A stretch of DNA of 64,000 nucleotides from Planktothrix sp. (lineage in GTDB: Bacteria > Cyanobacteriota > Cyanobacteriia > Cyanobacteriales > Microcoleaceae). How positions within the stretch are numbered: position 1 is the stretch's first letter; each line of letters opens with the position of its first letter. Shown here piece after piece: positions 1-10,406 of the stretch. The notes under the pieces were generated by a model that was not told where the DNA came from, made no database searches, and saw nothing but the letters and a program-made list of their open reading frames with translations. Position numbers and translations under genes: made by a program. The stretch is taken from the NCBI GenBank assembly GCA_044238405.1, contig JBIIDK010000001.1, positions 6,114 to 70,113 on the forward strand, in the 5' to 3' direction.

Positions 1-561
1 GAAGCCACAGCCTTTCCTCTGGACTTATCAAAAGTTGAACAAGTTCATACCCAAATTGATAGTATTGTGGCTGCTTTTGGCCCGATTGACATCTTGGTCA
101 ATAACGCAGGTATGGGATACACCGGAGATTTAATCAACACCTCCCTAGCAGACTGGCAACGGGTGATTGATTTGAACCTCACCAGTGTTTTCCAGTGTGT
201 CAAAGGAGTTTTACCAGGAATGCGGGATCAAAAAAGCGGAACGATCATTAATGTTGTCTCCATTGCTGGTGTACAAGCTTTTCCCAACTGGGGCGCCTAC
301 TGCGTCAGTAAATTTGGTTTGATGGCTTTATCGAAAACCTTGGCTTTGGAAGAGCGATCAAATGGTATTCGGGTAACAGCTTTATGTCCAGGTTCTGTGA
401 ATACTCCCATCTGGGATAGCGAAACTGTTCAAGCAGATTTTGATCGTACAGCCATGCTAACACCGGAGATTGTCGCCGAGTCCATTCTCCATGTTGCCTT
501 ATTGCCGAGCACTGCCGTCATTGAAGAATTAACCTTAATGCCGAGCGTCGGCACGTTTTGA
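1..561 (+). CDS. SDR family oxidoreductase (5'-truncated by window)
   Basis: Frame is open from base 1; ILVNNAG motif and catalytic YCVSK (YxxxK); 10 nt upstream of the folE ORF. Confidence 0.9.
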   Translation, partial: EATAFPLDLSKVEQVHTQIDSIVAAFGPIDILVNNAGMGYTGDLINTSLADWQRVIDLNLTSVFQCVKGVLPGMRDQKSGTIINVVSIAGVQAFPNWGAYCVSKFGLMALSKTLALEERSNGIRVTALCPGSVNTPIWDSETVQADFDRTAMLTPEIVAESILHVALLPSTAVIEELTLMPSVGTF

Positions 562-628
562 ATCGTTTTCTATGCCGATTCTAAAACCGTTCACTTTTGT
601 TGTTTCTAAACATAGCTCAAAATACACC

Positions 629-1348
629 ATGACTATCTCACCAAGCACCAATGGCGTCAAAACGTTAGAAACCCTCAATCAGGGGGTTAACAATGAAGAC
701 ACCAGTGGCTTTCCCATTCGACCTGATCGGACTTTATCTTATAGTCAAAATACCAACTTCCAACAGCGCACTGAAGTTAGTGATGAACAAATGATGGATG
801 CCGTTCGCACCATGCTCTTAGGTGTAGGTGAAGATCCTGAACGGGAAGGGTTACTCAAAACACCAAAACGGGTAGCTGAAGCCATGCGGTTTTTAACCAG
901 TGGTTACCATCAATCCCTCGAAGATCTCGTCAATGGCGCGATTTTTGATGAAGGCCATGAAGAAATGGTGCTGGTACGCGACATCAACTTTTTCAGTATG
1001 TGCGAACACCATATGTTACCGTTTATGGGTCGGGCGCACGTTGCCTATATTCCCAATCAAAAAGTGATTGGGTTAAGCAAACTAGCTCGGATTGTGGAAA
1101 TGTACAGCCGCCGTCTGCAAGTTCAAGAACGTCTAACTCGCCAAATTGCAGAAGCAATTAAAACCATTCTTGAACCTCAAGGGGTCGCCGTTGTCATGGA
1201 GGCAACCCATATGTGTATGGCCATGCGAGGGGTTCAAAAACCAGGATCTTGGACAGTGACGAGTGCAATGGTCGGTATCTTCCAAGAAGAACAGAAAACC
1301 CGTGAAGAATTCCTGAATTTGATTCGCCATCAACCTGCATTTTTCTAG
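629..1348 (+). CDS. folE: GTP cyclohydrolase I
   Basis: [54 protein letters not shown] motifs; start ATG629 preferred over 572. Confidence 0.97.
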   Translation: MTISPSTNGVKTLETLNQGVNNEDTSGFPIRPDRTLSYSQNTNFQQRTEVSDEQMMDAVRTMLLGVGEDPEREGLLKTPKRVAEAMRFLTSGYHQSLEDLVNGAIFDEGHEEMVLVRDINFFSMCEHHMLPFMGRAHVAYIPNQKVIGLSKLARIVEMYSRRLQVQERLTRQIAEAIKTILEPQGVAVVMEATHMCMAMRGVQKPGSWTVTSAMVGIFQEEQKTREEFLNLIRHQPAFF

Positions 1349-1368
1349 GTCATCAGGATTTTAGCGCT

Positions 1369-1468
1369 GAATTAAGAATTGACAATTGAGAATTAAGAAA
1401 AATTTAACTTATGCTAAAAAAAGCTCAGAGGGTGTAATTCTTAGTTCTTAATTCTAAATTCTTAGTTC
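1369..1468. repeat. Heptamer STRR-type repeats (AAGAATT / AATTCTT) in inverted arrangement
   Basis: gaattaagaattgacaattgagaattaagaa ... taattcttagttcttaattctaaattcttagttc in the folE-pgm gap. Confidence 0.6.
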
Positions 1469-1476
1469 AACGTTTA

Positions 1477-2922
1477 GTGAAAAAATTTATGATGATTCAA
1501 CCCATCAAATTTGGAACCGATGGCTGGCGAGGCGTGATTGCTGCGGACTTCACTTTTGAACGAGTCGCTTTAGTTGCTCCTTTGGCGGCTCGAATTCTTG
1601 ATCAAACCTATGGAGAAAATACCGGAAGCCGAACGGTGATTGTCGGCTATGATCGACGGTTTTTAGCTGAAGAATTTGCCCGATGTGCTGCTGAAGCAAT
1701 CCAAACGGCAGGATTTGATGTCAAACTTAGTGAAACTTTTGCTCCAACTCCAGCTTTTTCCTTGATTGCTCATCAACAACAAGCGTTAGGCGCGATCGTC
1801 TTAACTGCTAGTCATAACCCTGGTAAGTATTTAGGGCTAAAAGTTAAAGGTGCTTTTGGTGGGTCTGTGGGGCCAGAAATTACCCAACAAATTGAAGCGT
1901 TATTACCCGATCCTCCTGTTGTGGAGGCTACACCTGGCACTTTAGAACATTTTAATCCTTGGCCGAGTTATTGTGAAACCTTGCGTTCTAAAGTGGATAT
2001 TACTGCCATTCAAGATGCTTTGAATCAAGGAAAAATTACGGTTTTTGCAGATGTAATGCACGGGGCGGCTTCAGGCGGCTTAACTCAATTATTGGGAGAT
2101 AAAGTTCACGAACTTAATAGCAATCGTGATCCTTATTTTGGTGGAGGTGCACCGGAACCTTTACCTCGTTATATTCCTGATCTATTAGAACAATTAGTGG
2201 CTTTTCGAGATTCCGGTGGGGGTTTAGCAATTGGGTTTGTTTTTGATGGGGATAGCGATCGCATTGCGGCTGTTGATCAAAATGGTAATTTCCTCAGTTC
2301 TCAAATTTTAATTCCTGTCTTAATTGAACATTTATCCACCCGTCGAGGATTTACGGGAGAAATTGTTAAAACCGTGAGTGGTTCTGATTTAATTCCTCGC
2401 ATTGCCCAATTATTTAATTTATCGTTGTATGAAACTCCGATTGGTTATAAATATATTGCCGATCGAATGTTAACCACTGAAGTTTTAGTTGGGGGTGAAG
2501 AATCGGGGGGGGTAGGATATGGAACCCATATTCCTGAACGGGATGCCTTGTTATCGGCGTTGTATGTTTTAGAAGCGATGGTACAGTCGGGAGAAGATCC
2601 GACCCAAACTTATCAACGGTTACAACAACAAACGGGTTTTGATTCCGCTTATGATCGGATTGATTTACCGTTAGCGAGTATGGAAGTGAGATCGCGCTTG
2701 GTGGAACAGTTGGAGACTCAACCGTTACAGGAGATTGCAGGACAAACGGTGGTTGATTGTTTGACCGTTGATGGTTACAAATACCGCCTCGCCGATGGTC
2801 GTTGGTTATTAATTCGCTTTAGTGGGACTGAACCAGTATTACGTCTCTATTGTGAAGCGCCAACTTTGGATCAGGTTCAGGAAACTCTAAATTGGGCTAA
2901 AGATTGGGCGCATCAATTCTAA
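1477..2922 (+). CDS. Phosphoglucomutase/phosphomannomutase family protein
   Basis: FGTDGWRG, TASHNP phosphoserine loop, FDGDSDR metal loop, GGEESGG, RFSGTEP. Confidence 0.95.
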   Translation: MKKFMMIQPIKFGTDGWRGVIAADFTFERVALVAPLAARILDQTYGENTGSRTVIVGYDRRFLAEEFARCAAEAIQTAGFDVKLSETFAPTPAFSLIAHQQQALGAIVLTASHNPGKYLGLKVKGAFGGSVGPEITQQIEALLPDPPVVEATPGTLEHFNPWPSYCETLRSKVDITAIQDALNQGKITVFADVMHGAASGGLTQLLGDKVHELNSNRDPYFGGGAPEPLPRYIPDLLEQLVAFRDSGGGLAIGFVFDGDSDRIAAVDQNGNFLSSQILIPVLIEHLSTRRGFTGEIVKTVSGSDLIPRIAQLFNLSLYETPIGYKYIADRMLTTEVLVGGEESGGVGYGTHIPERDALLSALYVLEAMVQSGEDPTQTYQRLQQQTGFDSAYDRIDLPLASMEVRSRLVEQLETQPLQEIAGQTVVDCLTVDGYKYRLADGRWLLIRFSGTEPVLRLYCEAPTLDQVQETLNWAKDWAHQF

Positions 2923-2924
2923 GA

Positions 2925-2985
2925 ATCAGTCATCAGTTATCAGTTATCAGTTTTTGGATAATTACGAATTACGAATTACGAATTA
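2925..2985. repeat. Heptamer STRR tandem repeats (ATCAGTT)x4 and (AATTACG)x3.7
   Basis: Read directly in the pgm-rdgB intergenic gap. Confidence 0.85.
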
Positions 2986-3006
2986 TTAATAATAGTTAAT
3001 GCGATT

Positions 3007-3588
3007 ATGAAAAAATTAATTGTAGCGACGGGTAACTCTGGTAAATTAAAGGAAATGCAAGCTTATTTGGAGGGTTTAGAGATTGAATTGCAGCTTAAGC
3101 CTAAAGATTTAGAAATAGAAGAAACCGGAAAAACTTTTCTTGAGAATGCTGGCTTAAAAGCTTCACAAGTGGCGTTAGCAACAGGAGAATGGGCGATCGC
3201 CGATGATTCTGGGTTAGCCGTTGATGCCTTAAATGGTGCACCAGGACTTTATTCTGCCCGTTATGCACCCACAGAAGCCGAATGTATTGTGCGACTGCTC
3301 AAGGAACTAGGGGAGACTCCCAACCGAAACGCCCAATTTGTCTGTGCTGTGGTAGTAGCCCGTCCCGATGGTTCCATTGCAATCCAATATGAAGGGATTT
3401 GTCAAGGAACGATTACACATCAACCGGTGGGAACCGGAGGGTTTGGTTATGATCCGATTTTTTATGTTCCCGAATATCAAATGACCTTTGCCCAAATGCC
3501 TGCGGAATTAAAACACGAAATTTCCCATCGAGGTCGAGCGTTTCAATGGGTTTTACCGCAACTGCAAGCATTAGGGAACAAATTGTGA
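3007..3588 (+). CDS. rdgB: Non-canonical purine NTP pyrophosphatase (Ham1/RdgB)
   Basis: ATGNSGKLKE, ADDSGL, GFGYDPIF, SHRGRA motifs. Confidence 0.96.
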   Translation: MKKLIVATGNSGKLKEMQAYLEGLEIELQLKPKDLEIEETGKTFLENAGLKASQVALATGEWAIADDSGLAVDALNGAPGLYSARYAPTEAECIVRLLKELGETPNRNAQFVCAVVVARPDGSIAIQYEGICQGTITHQPVGTGGFGYDPIFYVPEYQMTFAQMPAELKHEISHRGRAFQWVLPQLQALGNKL

Positions 3589-3675
3589 AACAAGAGGGTT
3601 ATATAGCAGTTGCCAAGTCTACTAACTCCTGACTCCTGCTATATATCGTCTCCCGTTTTATGGATTTGAAAAGGA

Positions 3676-4044
<369 letters not shown>

Positions 4045-4098
4045 TTAGCCGTCACTTGGCATTTTATCTTTTGATATCACCCCCAAGAGACTGTTATT

Positions 4099-4114
4099 TG
4101 TAAAATATGCTACA
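4099..4114. promoter_or_regulatory. Candidate NtcA box TGTA-N8-TACA upstream of glnB
   Basis: tGTAaaatatgcTACa matches the GTA-N8-TAC consensus, ~85 nt upstream of the glnB start. Confidence 0.6.
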
Positions 4115-4509
4115 ATCTATCTCCAAAATGGAAGATGGGTCTGCTCCTCCTTACCCTGTGTCTGAATTTGATCTCAGTCAGATTCAAAAATGGGAAAAGG
4201 TGGGGACTAGCCCCGAAGCCAGAGAGATTTTACCATACTTTAGACAGTTGGCTTGAGGCTTTAAAAATCAATATGCACATTCGCTAATTTTCAGCCGGGT
4301 AAAACGAGATGTGATTTCCTTCAAAACGCCAATAGACTGTCAATGTAAAATCTTGTTAAAAGTGGCAGTTTCTCAAGCTTGAGAGCTTAGTAGCTTTTAA
4401 AATAAAAACACTATTGTATGGGCAGGTTGATCAAAATCTTTTTTAAGATTGTTCGGCTGATTGAAAAACCTACCCCTTTGTCAACAAAAACACAGTTTGA
4501 GGAATTACT

Positions 4510-6345
4510 GTGCAACTAAAAACTAAAATAGCGGCAAAACGGGCAACAGGTGCTTATGCCTTGATGGATAGTTTGAAACGTCATGGCGTCAAGCATATTT
4601 TTGGCTATCCGGGTGGGGCGATTTTACCCATTTATGATGAACTGTATCGCTTTGAAGCCACCGGGGATTTACAACATATTCTCGTGCGTCATGAACAAGG
4701 TGCTGCCCATGCGGCGGACGGTTATGCACGGGCGACGGGTCGAGTCGGAGTCTGTTTTGGCACATCTGGGCCAGGGGCAACCAATTTAGTCACCGGAATT
4801 GCAACGGCCCACATGGACTCAATTCCGATGGTGATCATTACGGGACAGGTTCCTCGTCCCGCTATTGGCACCGATGCCTTCCAAGAAACGGACATCTATG
4901 GTATTACCCTTCCGATTGTCAAGCACTCCTATGTGGTGCGTGACCCTAAAGATATGGCTCGCATTGTCGCTGAGGCGTTTCATATTGCCAGTAGTGGACG
5001 TCCTGGCCCAGTGCTGATTGATATTCCTAAAGATGTTGGTTTAGAAGAATTTGATTATATTCCTGTTAATCCGGGGGAAGTGAATTTACCCGGATATCGC
5101 CCCACGGTCAAAGGCAATACCCGTCAAATTAATCAAGCGATTAAATTAATTCGCCAAGCAGAACGACCGTTGTTATATGTTGGGGGAGGTGCTATCTCTG
5201 CTGGAGCCCATGGGGAAATTCAAGAGTTAGCAGAATTGTTTAATTTGCCTGTGACAACAACTCTCATGGGTAAGGGTGCTTTTGATGAAAATCACCCCTT
5301 ATCGGTGGGAATGTTGGGAATGCACGGCACGGCTTATGCTAATTTTGCCGTTACCGAATGCGATTTATTAATTGCCGTTGGTGCTCGTTTTGATGACCGA
5401 GTGACCGGGAAATTAGATGAATTTGCTTCCCGTGCCAAAGTCATCCATATTGATATTGATCCGGCGGAAGTTGGGAAAAACCGCGCCCCTGATGTTCCGA
5501 TTGTTGGGGATGTTAGACAGGTGTTAGTGGATTTATTACGTCGATGTCATGAAACCGGAGGGGGAACGGAAACCACCCAAACGGCGGAATGGTTAGAACG
5601 CATTCAACGCTGGCGTGAAGATTATCCTCTAATTGTCCCAACCTATGACGATTTCCTCTCTCCTCAAGAAGTAATCGATACGTTGGGTAAAATGGCGCCC
5701 CAAGCTTACTACACAACCGATGTGGGACAGCACCAAATGTGGGCCGCCCAATTCTTAAAGAATGGCCCCCGTCAGTGGATTTCTAGTGCTGGTTTAGGAA
5801 CCATGGGTTATGGAATGCCTGCGGCGATGGGAGCAAAAATGGCACTTCCTGATCAGGAAGTGATTTGTGTGGCTGGGGATGCCAGTATTCAGATGAATAT
5901 TCAGGAGTTGGGAACCCTGGCTCAATATGGGATTCATGTTAAAACCGTGATTGTCAATAATGGTTGGCAAGGTATGGTACGTCAGTGGCAAGAAACCTTT
6001 TATGGCGAGCGCTATTCTTCTTCGGATATGCAGCCTGGAATGCCCAATTTTGTGATGTTGGCTCAAGCCTACGGCGTGAAGGGAATTAAGGTGACTCGAC
6101 GGGAAGAGTTAAAGGATGCCATTGCCGAAATGCTGGCGTTTAATGGCCCGGTGTTGATGGATGTGCAGGTGAAACGGGATGAAAACTGTTATCCTATGGT
6201 CGCACCCGGTAAGAGCAATGCTCAAATGATTGGTTTACCAGAACGGACAAATTTAGAAACTATTGAGTTAGTGTATTGCAGCAATTGTGGTGCGAAAAAT
6301 GTCGGCAGTAATAATTTCTGTCCTGAGTGTGGAACAAAGCTTTAA
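4510..6345 (+). CDS. ilvB: Acetolactate synthase large subunit with C-terminal zinc ribbon
   Basis: [51 protein letters not shown]; ends CSNC..CPEC. Confidence 0.97.
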   Translation: MQLKTKIAAKRATGAYALMDSLKRHGVKHIFGYPGGAILPIYDELYRFEATGDLQHILVRHEQGAAHAADGYARATGRVGVCFGTSGPGATNLVTGIATAHMDSIPMVIITGQVPRPAIGTDAFQETDIYGITLPIVKHSYVVRDPKDMARIVAEAFHIASSGRPGPVLIDIPKDVGLEEFDYIPVNPGEVNLPGYRPTVKGNTRQINQAIKLIRQAERPLLYVGGGAISAGAHGEIQELAELFNLPVTTTLMGKGAFDENHPLSVGMLGMHGTAYANFAVTECDLLIAVGARFDDRVTGKLDEFASRAKVIHIDIDPAEVGKNRAPDVPIVGDVRQVLVDLLRRCHETGGGTETTQTAEWLERIQRWREDYPLIVPTYDDFLSPQEVIDTLGKMAPQAYYTTDVGQHQMWAAQFLKNGPRQWISSAGLGTMGYGMPAAMGAKMALPDQEVICVAGDASIQMNIQELGTLAQYGIHVKTVIVNNGWQGMVRQWQETFYGERYSSSDMQPGMPNFVMLAQAYGVKGIKVTRREELKDAIAEMLAFNGPVLMDVQVKRDENCYPMVAPGKSNAQMIGLPERTNLETIELVYCSNCGAKNVGSNNFCPECGTKL

Positions 6346-6367
6346 TTAATGTGATTTGAGTGATGAG

Positions 6368-6393
6368 CAACCCCTATATGGGGTTGTTTTTTT
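6368..6393 (+). terminator. Intrinsic terminator after ilvB
   Basis: CAACCCC-tatat-GGGGTTG followed by T7. Confidence 0.85.
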
Positions 6394-6914
6394 ATGCGTT
6401 GATTCTAGTTGCAGTCCCCCAAACCTGATTCTAAGTTATCTCACATTTAAACTTTATATCCCAGCCAGGGAGGACGCTAACACAGAAGAGGCTTTCCCGA
6501 TTTCTGAATACACAATATAGATACTTAACAGCTTATTAGTCAAAAGTTGTTGGGCTTCAGCCTTTATCCCTTCATTATTTTGCTTCAGTCCCGCGAACGA
6601 GATTCTATTAGTTAAAAGTTCTGCTCTTGCTTCGATTCACGAAAACTATAGTAAACCAAATACAACCTCTTGTCAAGATTCATTTTCTATGATGTGGATT
6701 GTCTAAGGTATTGAAATCTGCATCAACATTGACACTCTCAGGTCTGAAGACACGCTCGTTTTCAATCTCCCACCTTAGTCTTATAAACACTTTCTGAGAT
6801 GCTTCATTTCACTCAGCATGACAAAGTGTTATTTGATTTATTTTGTAATAGAATTGCAGTATCTTTCTGATTTCATTCAGCATGACAAAGACTGCAATTA
6901 TTCTAGTTTAACGT

Positions 6915-8339
6915 TTAAATTTTATCAGCAAAATGTTCCTGTAATAAATAATGAATAAAACGATAGCGATCGCCTGTCCTCTGTAATAATAATTTACGAC
7001 TACAATCTTTTAAAAACCGTTGATAATTCCAAGGAATATTCCCATCTTTCCATAAAACCCATCGGATAGTAAACTGTTCTATTTTTTCCTTTAAACCTAA
7101 CTTGTCTAATAAAATTGCAAACAATAATCCTAAGACCATTCCCAGAATTAATAGTGAAGTTTGACTTAAAATAACTCCTGTTAAGATGATCAGCAGAATG
7201 AGCAGCCAGATTAAACCTAAAATTATCTTTAAAGTCACTTTATAACGTTGCTTTTGTTCTCCATCGTTTAACCAATGGATAGGAATCTTTTTAACCGAAA
7301 ATTCGATTAATTCATCAGCTTTAAGATGAGTTGCTAACCATCCTAACCACCGTCTAAAATCCTCAGATTTCGGTGCTTTTTTTGGGGAATATTCTGATTT
7401 ATAAATATCCTGATTCAGTTGACGGCGAATATAAGCATTAAATAAATAGTGACGTTGTTCCTCAAAAGAATGAAGGTGTTTCCAAGACATGATTAAAATT
7501 TCTTCATAAGCTAACGTCATCATCGTTAAATATAACGGAACTTTCGCTAACTTTAATAAAGATTCATCTCCGTCAATATTGTGCCAAAGTTCTCGACTGC
7601 GAGAATTAATCAGATAATCCTGTATTTGTTGCGTTGTTAAAGGACGTAAAAAAATCGCCCCATTGAGTTGTAAACGTTCAGGGAGTTTTTGATAACTAAT
7701 AACATTTGCACAAATCACTAAATGTAACGGTGCAATCTCTCCATTTAACAATTGATTAATCTGTTGAACACATTGAACCTGTTTCGGGATTGGAAGTTCA
7801 TCTAACCCATCCAATAAAGGTAAAATTTTAAGTTTTTGCATCCAATTTTCGCCTAGAGAAATAGCAATTCCATACTTCAGATAAAGTTGTTCTAAAATCC
7901 AATCTACGAGAGTTTGTTCTGAATTTTTCCAGGCTAATAAATTCAGTAAAACCGGAATCGGTTCTTCCCCATCCGCTTCCGCACGACCTATTAATACTTT
8001 AGTTAATCCGATTAACGTTGTTGTTTTTCCTGAGCCCGGAGCCCCTAAAATTAATAATCTTCCATTTAAGCGATCAAAAACTTGAATAATTCCCGTATCC
8101 GGTGTTAAACGAACACTGGGTTGATGGCTGACTTTTAACTCTACATCCCAAATTCGTCGCATTTTTAACGGGGGGGTTTCCTGCGCCAAATGCCTTAATA
8201 CCGCGCGATGTAAAGACTGTAACCGATACTGCTTCACTTCTTTTTCAACCTGAAGCAGTACCTTTTGACGATTTTGCAACTCAACTTTGGAAGAAGCCAA
8301 TTGTGCCATTGAAAGTTTAGAATTTGTAAAAAACAGCAA
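6915..8339 (-). CDS. NACHT/STAND-type NTPase with C-terminal transmembrane segment
   Basis: Walker A GAPGSGKTT, Walker B PLLDGLDEL, hydrophobic helices near C-terminus, terminal YRFIHYLLQEHFA. Confidence 0.85.
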   Translation of the reverse strand: MLFFTNSKLSMAQLASSKVELQNRQKVLLQVEKEVKQYRLQSLHRAVLRHLAQETPPLKMRRIWDVELKVSHQPSVRLTPDTGIIQVFDRLNGRLLILGAPGSGKTTTLIGLTKVLIGRAEADGEEPIPVLLNLLAWKNSEQTLVDWILEQLYLKYGIAISLGENWMQKLKILPLLDGLDELPIPKQVQCVQQINQLLNGEIAPLHLVICANVISYQKLPERLQLNGAIFLRPLTTQQIQDYLINSRSRELWHNIDGDESLLKLAKVPLYLTMMTLAYEEILIMSWKHLHSFEEQRHYLFNAYIRRQLNQDIYKSEYSPKKAPKSEDFRRWLGWLATHLKADELIEFSVKKIPIHWLNDGEQKQRYKVTLKIILGLIWLLILLIILTGVILSQTSLLILGMVLGLLFAILLDKLGLKEKIEQFTIRWVLWKDGNIPWNYQRFLKDCSRKLLLQRTGDRYRFIHYLLQEHFADKI

Positions 8340-8509
8340 CCTATCCGTTGTCAGAATTTAGAATTAGTATATCCCTAGAAAATCCAGTTGTTAAATTTTA
8401 TTGGGATCTCCTGAAAAATTACATTAAAATCTGTAAACTCAGCCATTCTATCAAAGATATTCCTCAAGGAATATGCGATCGCGATTCGCCACAAACGAGG
8501 TTAACCGAT

Positions 8510-9256
8510 ATGTCCATTAAACCTAGTCAACTGATCATAGCAGGTGCGGTCGGGGTGATTGCTGGAGTCACAATTGCCTTGATGACCGTTCAGTCTCCCT
8601 CCTCGAAATCGTCCCCACCCCCTCAAACCGAGTCTCCCCGACCTCCTGAACCCCCCATTACCTCGGTTCCCGCATCCGTTACCAATACATCACCACCATC
8701 GGAAACACCTCCTATCGCTATCATTAAACCCCCTATGGAGGGTTGCAAAATTAGTATGGCGGTTGTCAAAGATCCCGATGCACCGTTGAACGTTCGTTCA
8801 ACACCGGAAGTAACAGAGGGTAATATTGTCGGTCAATTGAATAATAATACCTTTGTTTTTGTAATTGAAGAAAAAAACGGATGGTTTAAAATTAATAATC
8901 CTGTGAGTGGATGGATTGCTAAAAGTCGCACCGAGAGCAGTTGTTCAATAGTAGAAAAAAATATTGAGTTTTTACCGGGTGGAAATGCAGCGTTAGTTCA
9001 GGGAAAAATTATTGGAGGAGGAAGTCACAATTATAAAATTACAGCCATTACAGGTCAAACCTTAACGATTGAGAATTATAAATCTGTATTCCCAATGGTA
9101 ATGAGTCCCAATGGTGAATTATTAACAGATAATCTGGGTATTACACCCGATACAAAAGTTTTTTCTAATAAACTTCCCCTAACTGGAGAATATACGTTAC
9201 AACTAGATTCTAATTATAAAGGCTTTGAATATGAGTTTTTAGTTAAAGTTGAGTAA
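8510..9256 (+). CDS. Membrane-anchored protein with Pro-rich linker, bacterial SH3-like domain and PPC-like C-terminal domain
   Basis: MSIKPSQLIIAGAVGVIAG anchor; PLNVRSTPE...NGWFKI..PVSGWI SH3b pattern; LPLTGEYTLQL. Start likely ATG8510, not 8348. Confidence 0.7.
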   Translation: MSIKPSQLIIAGAVGVIAGVTIALMTVQSPSSKSSPPPQTESPRPPEPPITSVPASVTNTSPPSETPPIAIIKPPMEGCKISMAVVKDPDAPLNVRSTPEVTEGNIVGQLNNNTFVFVIEEKNGWFKINNPVSGWIAKSRTESSCSIVEKNIEFLPGGNAALVQGKIIGGGSHNYKITAITGQTLTIENYKSVFPMVMSPNGELLTDNLGITPDTKVFSNKLPLTGEYTLQLDSNYKGFEYEFLVKVE

Positions 9257-9258
9257 TC

Positions 9259-9441
9259 TTAAATTAAGGATTCATGTTCAGTGTTATCAAATTCTAGGCA
9301 AAGTTCTATTGCTTCTTGAATTCGTAACCTAAGCTCATCTAAGGATGTTGCTTGTGTGTGACAACCTTTTAAAGTAGGAACTGATGCTACAAAAAAACCA
9401 TCAGAATCTTTCTCAATCAGTACATTAAATTTTTTGACCAT
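9259..9441 (-). CDS. Short HicB-like antitoxin, copy 1 (60 aa, no DNA-binding domain)
   Basis: FNVLIEKDSDGFFVASVPTLKGCHTQATSLDELRLRIQEAIELCL is the HicB N-terminal domain pattern. Confidence 0.85.
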   Translation of the reverse strand: MVKKFNVLIEKDSDGFFVASVPTLKGCHTQATSLDELRLRIQEAIELCLEFDNTEHESLI

Positions 9442-9482
9442 TTGTTAACCGCTTAAATAAATTTATTTTACTAAATTAAATA

Positions 9483-10406
9483 TTACTGTATTTTAAGGCC
9501 AATATATCCAATAATAATTTGTCCTGGCATCAGGGGGAGAAAATATAGTCTCCAAGCACCAGGTGTCATTCTAAGATGCAAACTGAAAGTTCGTTCTGTC
9601 TGATCAGGACATCTAAAAGTCAACTGCTCCTTAAATTTCTTTAACCTAGACTCGCTTTCTGGAGATGCTTTACTGGGAAGATTATCATAATTAAAAGAAC
9701 CGAATGTCCATCTCTTAGAACATTCTTCAATTTCACACAAGCGCTTCACAATTGGTTCAATCATCGGAAGTCCATGTTTAATAATCTTTAATTGATCTTC
9801 AACAGCATCACAAAATACTAAGTGAGGAAACAAATCTGATTTCCGTTGCCACAAATCAATACCATTATATATTTCTAGCTTTTTAGGTAGATAGCGTTCA
9901 GGTAGATTTTTAACTTGGTCAGCATTTATTAAATTATAAATTTCTATAATCTCTGGAGGGTTTTCATCGAGCTTGAACGTGAGATTGATCAATTCGCTCG
10001 AAAAATCAGGTGCTTGCTGCAAGCTAATCAACATTCCTTTTAAGTATGCTGCACCAGCCAATGAACTTTCACAATAGTCTTCACCATTAAATTCGCATTC
10101 CCAATATAATAGTTCTTGATTTAAAATATCTAAGATAAAAGGCCCATCTGTAAATAATTTAATCAATAATAATGCTTGCACTTGATCATGATCATTAGAT
10201 AATGATTTTTCATACACCCAGTCTTTTACTGTATAGTTTTCTGTAATTTTGCAATTTGAAAATAATTCATGTATATAAATAGAATCATTTCCTAAAATGG
10301 GTTTAATTGATTTGATAACCTCTGTTAAAGCTTTCATGAGCGTGTCAGCCTCATAAAGATTTTTAGCTTGCCCAATAAAAGATAATTCGTTAATTAATAA
10401 ATTCAT
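9483..10406 (-). CDS. Putative effector of a Menshen-like system (NsnC-like), RelE-like C-terminus
   Basis: ATG10406 overlaps the ATPase stop (TAATG); C-terminal FSLHLRMTPGAWRLYF..IIIGYIG. Confidence 0.55.
   Translation of the reverse strand: MNLLINELSFIGQAKNLYEADTLMKALTEVIKSIKPILGNDSIYIHELFSNCKITENYTVKDWVYEKSLSNDHDQVQALLLIKLFTDGPFILDILNQELLYWECEFNGEDYCESSLAGAAYLKGMLISLQQAPDFSSELINLTFKLDENPPEIIEIYNLINADQVKNLPERYLPKKLEIYNGIDLWQRKSDLFPHLVFCDAVEDQLKIIKHGLPMIEPIVKRLCEIEECSKRWTFGSFNYDNLPSKASPESESRLKKFKEQLTFRCPDQTERTFSLHLRMTPGAWRLYFLPLMPGQIIIGYIGLKIQ

Noticed and set aside
9441-9483. hicA toxin partner next to either hicB copy
   Set aside because: Gaps are only 41 nt, 8 nt and 83 nt; no HicA-like ORF fits
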